A DNA stretch of 64,000 bases, taken from contig JACJYQ010000001.1 of assembly GCA_020636025.1 (NCBI GenBank), forward strand, positions 417,163-481,162, given 5' to 3'. This document shows positions 56,067 through 63,760 of the stretch, in pieces. Below the pieces are notes generated by a model. It ran no database searches and was not told the origin of the DNA. It worked only from the letters and a program-made list of their open reading frames with translations. The DNA comes from Lewinellaceae bacterium. GTDB taxonomy: Bacteria > Bacteroidota > Bacteroidia > Chitinophagales > Saprospiraceae. Position 1 is the first letter of the stretch; every line of letters starts with the position of its first letter. The translations under genes were made by a program, and so were the position numbers.

Positions 56067-56945
56067 TTATTCTTCCAATCCAAGGTAGAACACGAGATCA
56101 GATTTGGCTGGTATTGGGCCATTAGCTTTTTCTCCGTAAGCCAGGTTGTAAGGGATGAAAAGAATTGCTTTTCCGCCGCGCTTCAACAACTGCATACCTT
56201 CATTGAAACCAGGAACCAATTGACCAACGGTAAATGGTGTTGCAGCTCCTCTGTCGTATGAGTTATCGAACATTGTTCCGTCGCTTTTCAGCACACCGTA
56301 GTAGTTTGTAGGGATTTTATCACCCATTTTAACAGCAGCCCCGCTTCCTGGTTCAAGAACAACATATTCCAGTCCGGATGCTGTTTTTTTCAATTTGTCA
56401 CCGAGTTTTTTGGCTTTGTAATCATTCAACATGGTGGCAACTGTAGAGGCAACTTCAACTCCTTCTGCCTGAGCAGCCTGAGCTTTTCTTTCTGCTTCTG
56501 CCTTTTTCTCGGCAATTTTCTCAGCTGAAAGTACTTCCTCAACCTTAATTTCGAAACGGATATTCTTTACCTCTCCAAAATCTTTTGGAATTCCTTTGGC
56601 CATAATTGAGTCCACCGGTTGCAATACAGTAGCGCTATCGCCTTCAGCCAGCGAGAGCAATGCTTCGAATACAGCTGGCACGCGACCAACCATAGCAATA
56701 GAATCTGGAATGGTAAATTCACGGGCTCCACCATTGTCGCGACGGGTGCTTTGAACCAGTGAATCATTCAAAAATGTGTTTACATTGATCAATACTGTTT
56801 GGCCGTAAGAAATCTTTGCACCGGAATTGCCCGTGTGGTTGATAACTGTATTGCCATTTTTGGTAACTGTTTTACCACCTTTATCACAGGCGGTTTGGGT
56901 AAATGTGAACGCTGCGATTGCAGCAAAAAACAATAGATTCCGCAT
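56067..56945 (-). CDS. FKBP-type peptidyl-prolyl cis-trans isomerase (lipoprotein), tandem paralogue
   Basis: ATG 56945 gives MRNLLFFAAIAAFTFTQTAC. FKBP block TNYYGVLKSDGTMFDNSYDRGAATPFTVGQLVPGFNEGM...IPYNLAYG. Confidence 0.85.
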   Translation of the reverse strand: MRNLLFFAAIAAFTFTQTACDKGGKTVTKNGNTVINHTGNSGAKISYGQTVLINVNTFLNDSLVQSTRRDNGGAREFTIPDSIAMVGRVPAVFEALLSLAEGDSATVLQPVDSIMAKGIPKDFGEVKNIRFEIKVEEVLSAEKIAEKKAEAERKAQAAQAEGVEVASTVATMLNDYKAKKLGDKLKKTASGLEYVVLEPGSGAAVKMGDKIPTNYYGVLKSDGTMFDNSYDRGAATPFTVGQLVPGFNEGMQLLKRGGKAILFIPYNLAYGEKANGPIPAKSDLVFYLGLEE

Positions 56946-57037
56946 TTCTTTTTTAATGAAAATGAATGTTTCAGAGAAATTTATGAGAATAACCTGGAAA
57001 ATCAGGGGTTTCATGGATTCCTGGAATTTGACAAAGA

Positions 57038-58045
57038 TCAAGTTGCCAGGAGTTGCTCTTTAATTTCCGGTAAAATACTCCGGAATTTTTCAATGGTATC
57101 CTTAAGGCTACTGTGTGAGTAGGCACCAGAGGCGTTTTTATGTCCACCTCCGTTAAAATGTTTCTTACAGATTTCCTGTACATCCAGGTCGCCTTTTGAA
57201 CGGAGGCTTAATTTTACAACGGTGGGTTGATTGTGAATAAAGGCCGCCAGCCGAACCTCCCGAATACTCAGCAGATAATTAACTATCCCTTCAGTATCGC
57301 CACGTTGAATATTGAAGGTTTCATAATCTTTCTTGGAAAGCCATATCAGAGCGGTACGGAATTCCGGCCAATACTCCATTCTGTTTGCCAGGCAGTGGCC
57401 AAGCAGACGGAGGTTTTTTTCCTCATTGGAATTGAAGATCATATCCTGAACAGCCGTATCATCGGTACCTCTTTCTACAAGATCTGCTGCAATTCTGTAC
57501 ACGTGTGGATTGGTGGCATGGCGAAAGGAGCCTGTATCGGTGATCAAACCGGTCAATATACATTTTCCAATTTGTGGTGTGATCCTCAATTTATCGCCAA
57601 GTCCATCTATGAATTGATAGACCAGTTCGCATGTACTGCTGGCTTCCGGTATTGAATATGTGAAATCGGCTACATCCTCCGGGTACAGGTGATGGTCGAT
57701 CATGATACGTTTGCCAGGCAGGTCTTTCACAAAGTCGCCTAATTTATCTATTCTACTGAGAGCATTGAAATCGAGAAAAAAGAATAAGTTCTTTCTGGAA
57801 AGCACCTCTTTGCTTTCTTCTGTATGTATGTCCCAAATCAGGATGTCTCCTGCTCCGGGTAGTGCTTCAAATTCTTTTGGAAATTCAGATGGAAAAATAA
57901 TGTGTACCGTATGGCCGTATTGCTCAAGGTACATGCGCATGGCAATAGAGCTACCAATGGCATCTCCATCCGGGTTTCGATGGGATAAAATTGCCACATT
58001 TTGTGGGATGCGTATTAACTGGCGTAGCTCGGTCGGAAATTCCAT
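57038..58045 (-). CDS. DHH/DHHA1 phosphoesterase (NrnA-like oligoribonuclease/pAp phosphatase)
   Basis: ILSHRNPDGDAIGSS, MIDHHLYPE (DHH) and NGGGHKNASGA (DHHA1 GGGH) motifs. ATG 58045 is preferred. The tracked start 58210 adds a Lys-rich translation of the intergenic region. Confidence 0.8.
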   Translation of the reverse strand: MEFPTELRQLIRIPQNVAILSHRNPDGDAIGSSIAMRMYLEQYGHTVHIIFPSEFPKEFEALPGAGDILIWDIHTEESKEVLSRKNLFFFLDFNALSRIDKLGDFVKDLPGKRIMIDHHLYPEDVADFTYSIPEASSTCELVYQFIDGLGDKLRITPQIGKCILTGLITDTGSFRHATNPHVYRIAADLVERGTDDTAVQDMIFNSNEEKNLRLLGHCLANRMEYWPEFRTALIWLSKKDYETFNIQRGDTEGIVNYLLSIREVRLAAFIHNQPTVVKLSLRSKGDLDVQEICKKHFNGGGHKNASGAYSHSSLKDTIEKFRSILPEIKEQLLAT

Positions 58046-58165
58046 GTACAATGCTTTTTTGAAAAGCATGCAAAAGTACAGGTTCAAACCCTGAATGCCT
58101 TTATTGCCAGAGAATATTTTTTTATTAAGCTCTTTTTCTCCTTTTTTTGAAATTAAATCTTGCGT

Positions 58166-58173
58166 TACCTTTG
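58166..58173 (+). promoter_or_regulatory. Candidate -7 box TACCTTTG upstream of ndk
   Basis: TAnnTTTG match 103 nt upstream of ATG 58276. Confidence 0.3.
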
Positions 58174-58275
58174 CAGCCTTTTTGGAGAGGTTCGGGGAAT
58201 TTGAACCCATACCAGAAACTTCTTGCCATTTAAAGCGAATCAGAATTCAATATTTTTTAAATTTTCAACCTAAAC

Positions 58276-58689
58276 ATGACACGAACTTTCACCATGATCA
58301 AGCCTGACGCAGTTCGCGCAGGGAACATTGGCAATATTCTTCAGATGATCAATGCCGCCGGATTCCGGATTGTAGCAATGAAACTGACGAAACTTAGTAT
58401 GGAAAAAGCAGGCGAATTTTATGCTGTACACAAGGAGCGTCCTTTTTACGGGGAACTTTGCGAATTTATGAGCAGTGGTCCTATCGTAGCCGCTATTCTC
58501 GAAAAAGACAATGCCGTAGAAGATTTCCGCACCTTGATTGGAGCCACTAATCCTGAGCAGGCAGCGCCTGGTACCATTCGTGCCATGTATGCAACCAGCG
58601 TTGGCGAAAATGCTGTACACGGGTCAGACAGCAATGAAAACGCAGCTATAGAAGGCGCATTCCATTTTGCGGGTGTAGAAAACTTCTAA
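58276..58689 (+). CDS. ndk: Nucleoside-diphosphate kinase
   Basis: [11 protein letters not shown]..., active-site NAVHGSDS. 137 aa. Confidence 0.95.
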   Translation: MTRTFTMIKPDAVRAGNIGNILQMINAAGFRIVAMKLTKLSMEKAGEFYAVHKERPFYGELCEFMSSGPIVAAILEKDNAVEDFRTLIGATNPEQAAPGTIRAMYATSVGENAVHGSDSNENAAIEGAFHFAGVENF

Positions 58690-58701
58690 TTGAAGTCAAC
58701 A

Positions 58702-58780
58702 TCAATCCTATATTCCCTGCATAAAAAAAGCCGCCAGGGTTTTAACACCACGGGCGACCTTAACGGGAATATAGGATTGA
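58702..58780. repeat. 16-bp perfect inverted repeat with 47-nt spacer downstream of ndk
   Basis: TCAATCCTATATTCCC (58702-17) / GGGAATATAGGATTGA (58765-80). An A-run follows on the plus strand. It lies between the ndk stop and the stop of the minus-strand CTD fragment. Confidence 0.7.
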
Positions 58781-58819
58781 AAAAAAGAGTAGTTGTCTCT
58801 TTTCTTGGGGGGATATATT

Positions 58820-59269
58820 TTAATACATCATCAGTTTTCTGCTTGCAGTGCCAAATGGAGTTTCCAAACGGCAGGTATACATTCCGGGCTCAATGAAGTC
58901 TGAGCGATGCAGGATCATGTGATGCTCTCCGGTTTCGTATTGACCTGATTTAGAACTTACTTCTTTTCCCAGGGCATCGAATATCCTCAACAAAACGTTG
59001 GCATTGGAAGGTATCCGGAACCATAACAAAGTCATTTCAATGAATGGATTGGGGGAGTTTTGGAGAAGTTCCACACTGCTTTCTGTGGGTAGATTAATTG
59101 GCGAAACGTTACTTTGTGCGGTCATTTTACGAACATGGAGCCTCCGAAGCGCTGCTTTCTCATAGAAACTATTCGGGACTATTGGCGGTGAAAATGGATA
59201 ATGGCCTGGAGTCGAAGAATTAATCTCAAGTTTTGTGCCAATTTGATTGATAACTATAATCCTTATCAA
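58820..59269 (-). pseudogene. Orphan T9SS type-A C-terminal sorting domain, likely a remnant of a larger secreted protein gene
   Basis: The last ~85 aa (LLQNSPNPFIEMTLLWFRIPSNANVLLRIFDALGKEV....EPGMYTCRLETPFG) look like a T9SS CTD. The N-terminal 60 aa have no signal peptide and the ORF opens with TTG. Confidence 0.45.
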
Positions 59270-59425
59270 CTTTTGTTGTTAAACCATTCTACATACTTCG
59301 AGTTGTGATTTGATAAAAGGAAAACTGATCAGGATCAGGACAGGCTTATGTAGAATTATTTTGCAGGGTGTTGCAGCCTCTGTATTTTTACAAATTGAAT
59401 ATTTCACGTTTGAAAAATTAATACC

Positions 59426-60067
59426 ATGGGAACTCAAGTAAAGCTCAAAGGACAAGGTCGTTTATTCAAGAATCCAATACTGGAGTCTTTTACAAAGTCA
59501 TCACCTCTTGAATCTACTATCAGTTCACTGGGAATTGCCGTATTTTGTATTTGGATGGGGAAAGAACTAGGGGCGCATTTCGAATTCTGGAATGTGTTCT
59601 GGTATTTTACAGCAGGTTTGGTATTCTGGAGTTTGGCTGAATATTTATTACACCGTTATGTATTTCACCTGACTGATGAAAACTTTAAGGGGGGGGATCG
59701 ATTTGCCTATATTCTGCACGGTGTTCATCACGAATATCCAAATGATGCACAGCGCACTTTGATGCCGCTTTTACCAAAGCTTATTTTTTCTACCCTATTT
59801 TTTGGTCTGTTCTTCCTGATTCTTGGTAAAGCTGGAGCTTTTTTCTCTGCTGGCTTTTTGATGGGTTACTACTTTTACTCCATCATGCACTACTCAATTC
59901 ACCGGTTTAAAGCACCCAAGTTTTTGAAACCACTTTGGGAACATCACCATCGTCATCATCACCTGGAAGATGATAAGGCATTTGGTGTTTCATCCAGAAT
60001 TTGGGATCGATTGTTCAGAACTATGCCTTCTAAAGTGAAGAACAAGTCCAAAGTGGCTGAAATGTAA
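59426..60067 (+). CDS. Fatty acid hydroxylase superfamily membrane protein, FA2H/Scs7-like (no cytochrome b5 domain)
   Basis: Four His boxes: EYLLHRYVFH, ILHGVHHEYPND, HYSIHR and WEHHHRHHH. The first two blocks resemble eukaryotic FA2H EYLIHRFLFH...HGQHHKAPFD, recalled from memory. Confidence 0.75.
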   Translation: MGTQVKLKGQGRLFKNPILESFTKSSPLESTISSLGIAVFCIWMGKELGAHFEFWNVFWYFTAGLVFWSLAEYLLHRYVFHLTDENFKGGDRFAYILHGVHHEYPNDAQRTLMPLLPKLIFSTLFFGLFFLILGKAGAFFSAGFLMGYYFYSIMHYSIHRFKAPKFLKPLWEHHHRHHHLEDDKAFGVSSRIWDRLFRTMPSKVKNKSKVAEM

Positions 60068-60109
60068 TTGCCAGATATTGTATTTGGTTAAACAAGTTCT
60101 TTATTATTC

Positions 60110-60153
60110 AAACTACCAGAATGTTACAGAATACATTCTGGTAGTTTTGTTTG
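60110..60153 (+). terminator. Rho-independent terminator
   Basis: AAACTACCAGAATGT tacagaat ACATTCTGGTAGTTT followed by TGTTTG. 15-bp perfect stem, 42 nt after the stop. Confidence 0.75.
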
Positions 60154-60212
60154 TATAATGCCTAAACCGTCGCTGCGAAATTGGCTTACAATACCGGCGT
60201 GGTTTTCTACAT

Positions 60213-60974
60213 TTGTATTCAAATCAAATTTTGGTGAGAACATTCAGGAAAATTTGGACAGTGTGGGCGGTAACCATATTTCTGGTTATGATGTTTTGCA
60301 GTCTACCCATCATTGGGTTGAATATGATGGTTACGCCCGGCAGAAGAGCCTTGCGTAACAACATCTATTTTCTTCACCACATTTTTACGCCTTTTTTTCT
60401 ATTCATTGTTGGCATCGCAGTTCAGGCTGAAGGCCGGCGAAAACTCAATCGCAAGCAATCCTATGTGATTGTCGGAAATCACCGATCCTCCATTGATTTT
60501 ATCGTTCATGCCCATGCCTTCCCTGGTGTATTCCGGTTTTTGGCAAAACAGGAATTGTTGAAAATTCCTGTTTTTGGGTTGATCGTACGAAAAATGTGTT
60601 TGATCGTGGATAGAAGCAGCCCTATGAGCAGAGCGAGAAGTGTGGTTGCCTTAAAACAGCAGTTGGAAGATGGCTGGAGTATTATGATATATCCGGAAGG
60701 AAGCCGCAATCGCAAGCCCGAAGCTCTTGGTCAGTTTTACGATGGTGCCTTTCGCATCGCCATCCAAACCAAGGCACCTTTAGCAGTTCAAACTTTCGTG
60801 AATGTCTCTGAAATGACCGGAGCTGATGGTTCCGGACTTCGCCCAGGTATTGCCAGAGTCGTGTGGGAAGAGCCAATTCCTACTGATGGAATGACTGCTG
60901 AAGATATACCTGCCTTGCGCAGTAAGGTGGAAGACATGATGAAAAACCGAATTAAAGCTTATTCGAAAAGCTGA
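60213..60974 (+). CDS. 1-acyl-sn-glycerol-3-phosphate acyltransferase family (PlsC/LPLAT)
   Basis: H-x4-D motif (VGNHRSSIDF) and YPEGSRN block. The start is uncertain: the tracked start is TTG 60213 and the first ATG is at 60288. Confidence 0.8.
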   Translation: MYSNQILVRTFRKIWTVWAVTIFLVMMFCSLPIIGLNMMVTPGRRALRNNIYFLHHIFTPFFLFIVGIAVQAEGRRKLNRKQSYVIVGNHRSSIDFIVHAHAFPGVFRFLAKQELLKIPVFGLIVRKMCLIVDRSSPMSRARSVVALKQQLEDGWSIMIYPEGSRNRKPEALGQFYDGAFRIAIQTKAPLAVQTFVNVSEMTGADGSGLRPGIARVVWEEPIPTDGMTAEDIPALRSKVEDMMKNRIKAYSKS

Positions 60975-61951
60975 TGATAGTCGTTGTTATCCCTGTCGAG
61001 CGTAACAGGCGGTTCTTTTAATTCCAGTTTTTGTTCATCTTTTTTTTGCTTCGTGCTACCGGCATGATCCATGCGTAATAGCGGGCTGTCTCTTTCCCAG
61101 CGCTCCAAAAGCTCCAAACCTTCTTCCTCAAAAACGCCGTTTTGTAAATCTATGCTGTCCATCAGGTTTCTGCTGGTATCCATAAAGCGTTCCATTTCTC
61201 CAACTTTAGAACCAACATCTTCGGCCAGTGTTTCCATGGCTGATTCGAACATCGCTTTCTTGTCTGGGTCACCAGACAAGACGCTCATGGCAGATTTCAT
61301 AGCGCTGTGTCCACTCTTAATTACCCGGTACTCCTGTTCCTTTATTTTAATCTGATCCTGAGTGTCTTCGAGTACCAATTCCGAACTTTCATACATTTTA
61401 GTCAGTATGCGCTTCAGGACGTCCATCCTTTTATGCAGGTCTTGATATTTCTCATTGGCATCTTGTAACCTTCCCGCTTTTCTGGTAGCCAACGCCATAT
61501 TCTTATCCTGACCTTTCTTTTTCGCTTCCTCAGCAATACTGAGGTTCATTTTGATGTCATTCAGGTTTTTTTGCATCAAACCTTCCAACTGGCGCATTTG
61601 CGCTCTAAGCACTCCAATTTGTTTGCTAAGCTTTGTCAGATTTGATCTCAGATCACTTAGGTAGGACTTTAAAATTGATATCGGATCAATCTTGACAAAC
61701 AACCCAGTAATTCCGCGCATAATGGACTTATACAGATACCAGACCAGATTTCTGGATTTGGGATCAAGAACCATGTAGACAACGACTCCTAAAGCCGCCA
61801 ATAGTCCGGCCAGCGTCAAAGTATTGCTGGCAAGGGCTACCAGGGTAGGCAAAATGCTGCTCCAAAACACCCCGATACCCACGATGGCGCCAATTAAAAA
61901 GATAACTCCGGTTACACCTTCCGGTCTCCTCCAAAACGACTTTTGTGACAT
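60959..61951 (-). CDS. Membrane-anchored coiled-coil protein, possibly PspA/IM30/ESCRT-III-like
   Basis: Two predicted TM helices (GVIFLIGAIVGIGVFWSSIL; LAGLLAALGVVVYMVL), then ~200 aa of heptad-rich helix starting IDPISILKSYLSDLRSNLTKLSKQIGVLRAQMRQLE, and an acidic tail. Confidence 0.6.
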   Translation of the reverse strand: MSQKSFWRRPEGVTGVIFLIGAIVGIGVFWSSILPTLVALASNTLTLAGLLAALGVVVYMVLDPKSRNLVWYLYKSIMRGITGLFVKIDPISILKSYLSDLRSNLTKLSKQIGVLRAQMRQLEGLMQKNLNDIKMNLSIAEEAKKKGQDKNMALATRKAGRLQDANEKYQDLHKRMDVLKRILTKMYESSELVLEDTQDQIKIKEQEYRVIKSGHSAMKSAMSVLSGDPDKKAMFESAMETLAEDVGSKVGEMERFMDTSRNLMDSIDLQNGVFEEEGLELLERWERDSPLLRMDHAGSTKQKKDEQKLELKEPPVTLDRDNNDYHQLFE

Positions 61952-61993
61952 GTTTTTACTGAATTTCAGGACCTGATCCTGGCCCAGTACATT

Positions 61994-62539
61994 TTACAGG
62001 TACTTATGCATATTTTCCACATCCTTATCTATTTGCAAAAGAACAGCTTTATTGGTTTTCTCGAAATTGACTTTTGCCTTTTCAAGTTTTTCAGCTTCCT
62101 GCTTACTGGTGTTTTCTGCCTGATTTACCTGATTTAGATAATCTCCCATCTCGTTATTCAACCTTTCAATTTCGGCCTTATGACGATCTATCTGATCGCG
62201 CAATCTCGAAATTTCATGTTGCCTTGAAGCAATTTTGGTCTTGCTCTGGTTTTCAAGCGCCTCGTTAAACTGACCCATTTCCTTTTCAATCAGGTTGCGG
62301 TAATAGCCGGCGGTTTCCAGCAGCTTTTCTTTGGTAATACCTAAGGTCGCTGCAGTTGTTACCGCGCTTTTGTAGGCTGTTGGTTCATCCAGATTTATTT
62401 CCTGAAGTTGCAAGACAGCCCTTTTGAATTCAAGGTAATCGAAGCCCGGTAAATTGTTTGATTCAAGCGCCTGTACCAGAAAATCGAGACTTTTTTCGTC
62501 CAGATCCTCAGATTGGAACATGGATTTTATTGTAAGCAT
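61994..62539 (-). CDS. Small all-helical/coiled-coil protein (181 aa), unknown function
   Basis: ATG start and no signal peptide. The C-terminal half is heptad-rich (RLRDQIDRHKAEIERLNNEMGDYLNQVNQAE...). It lies 42 nt upstream of the 330-aa gene on the same strand. Confidence 0.6.
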   Translation of the reverse strand: MLTIKSMFQSEDLDEKSLDFLVQALESNNLPGFDYLEFKRAVLQLQEINLDEPTAYKSAVTTAATLGITKEKLLETAGYYRNLIEKEMGQFNEALENQSKTKIASRQHEISRLRDQIDRHKAEIERLNNEMGDYLNQVNQAENTSKQEAEKLEKAKVNFEKTNKAVLLQIDKDVENMHKYL

Positions 62540-62545
62540 AAACTT

Positions 62546-62573
62546 GAGTGGTGAGAGATGAGAGATGAGAGCG
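62546..62573. repeat. Heptamer array GAGTGGT GAGAGAT GAGAGAT GAGAGCG
   Basis: Read directly, 7-34 nt upstream of the ATG at 62539 (minus-strand gene). The 10-mer GAGAGCGGAA (62567-76) also occurs at 102-111. Confidence 0.8.
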
Positions 62574-62688
62574 GAATAAATTGACTGGGTAAAATTAATG
62601 ATAAATGCCCATCAGGGTTAGCTGCAAGTCGACGGTTTAACCAATTTATCGGTTAAAATTCAATTTGACCCATGAAAACAATTTTATT

Positions 62689-62765
62689 TCCGCACTCCGC
62701 ACTCCGCACTCCGCACTCCGCACTCCGCACTCCGCACTCCGCACTCCGCACTCCGCACTCCGCAC
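62689..62765. repeat. Perfect 11-copy heptamer array: (TCCGCAC)11 on the plus strand, (GTGCGGA)11 in pfkA sense
   Basis: Counted base by base: 77 nt with no substitutions. It directly abuts the pfkA TGA (62766-68), and the minus strand reads TGA GTGCGGA GTGCGGA... Confidence 0.95.
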
Positions 62766-63755
62766 TCACTGCGCCAAAATATGCGCCATCCTCAAAAGCT
62801 CCTTGTTGAAAGTCTTTTTCTTGGAAATGGCATCTTCAAAGGTTGTATAGTGGATGTTGTTATTTCTGATGCCAACCATTACGCTATTTTTACCTATGAG
62901 TAGGGCTTCAACGGAGGCAAAACCCAAAATAGAGGCGAGAACTCTGTCGAATCCGCTGGGCGATCCGCCGCGTTGAAGGTGACCAATTACGGTTACTTTA
63001 ATATCGTCGTACAGGTCAATTTGCTTGCCTACATGGTCTGCGATATCATACACGGTTCCCATTTTGTTTCCCTCTGCAACAATCACTATGCTAAACAGCT
63101 TGGCTCTTTTTGCACTGCGTTTGAGCAGCCGTACCAGATCATCAAGTGAAATGTCTTCTTCTGGAATCAGCACCCCACCGGCTCCCGCTGCAATGGCTGT
63201 ATGTAAGGCGATATATCCGGAATGGCGGCCCATCACTTCTACGAAAAACAAGCGATTGTGTGAGTCGGCCGTATCCCGGATCTTATCGACAGCCTCAACA
63301 GATGTGTTTACCGCAGTATCAAATCCAATTGAAAAATCAGTACCGTAAAGATCGTTGTCTATGGTACCTGGAATGCCAATCATTTTGAAATCGGGATATT
63401 CTTGCAAGAACTTGTTTGCACCTGTAAAAGTACCATTGCCACCTACGGCAATTAAAGCATCGATATCATGATCCCGAAGGTTTTCATAAGCGATTTTTCT
63501 GCCTTCTGGTGTCATAAAACGCTTACTTCTAGCGGTTTTTAGAATGGTGCCGCCTCGGTGAATAATGTTGCCTACATCCGATGTTTCCAGCCTTTTGATG
63601 CTGCCTTCGATCATGCCCTCATACCCACGGTTGATTCCATAAATGTGCAGATCATTATTAAAGGCATTACGAACAACTGCACGGATGGCAGCATTCATAC
63701 CAGGTGCATCACCTCCTGAAGTTAGGACAGCAATTCGTTTTATCTCTTTTGACAT
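62766..63755 (-). CDS. pfkA: ATP-dependent 6-phosphofructokinase
   Basis: VLTSGGDAPGMNAAIR, PGTIDNDL and MGRHSGYIAL motifs. 329 aa. Confidence 0.95.
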   Translation of the reverse strand: MSKEIKRIAVLTSGGDAPGMNAAIRAVVRNAFNNDLHIYGINRGYEGMIEGSIKRLETSDVGNIIHRGGTILKTARSKRFMTPEGRKIAYENLRDHDIDALIAVGGNGTFTGANKFLQEYPDFKMIGIPGTIDNDLYGTDFSIGFDTAVNTSVEAVDKIRDTADSHNRLFFVEVMGRHSGYIALHTAIAAGAGGVLIPEEDISLDDLVRLLKRSAKRAKLFSIVIVAEGNKMGTVYDIADHVGKQIDLYDDIKVTVIGHLQRGGSPSGFDRVLASILGFASVEALLIGKNSVMVGIRNNNIHYTTFEDAISKKKTFNKELLRMAHILAQ

Positions 63756-63760
63756 AATTT

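Noticed and set aside
58270-58620. 116-aa minus-strand ORF overlapping ndk
   Set aside because: It is antisense to a textbook ndk gene with no motif support.
59327-59344. Similarity between GATCAGGATCAGGACAGG (59327-44) and the window start GATCAGGGAGAATCCGGACAGG
   Set aside because: Only short shared words (GATCAGG, GGACAGG) are present. That is insufficient to claim a shared element without a genome-wide search.
62665-62850. Tracked 61-aa ORF encoding SALRTPH SALRTPH SALRTPH repeats
   Set aside because: It is the plus-strand translation of the (TCCGCAC)11 array plus the antisense of the pfkA 3' end. It opens with TTG and has no independent coding signal.
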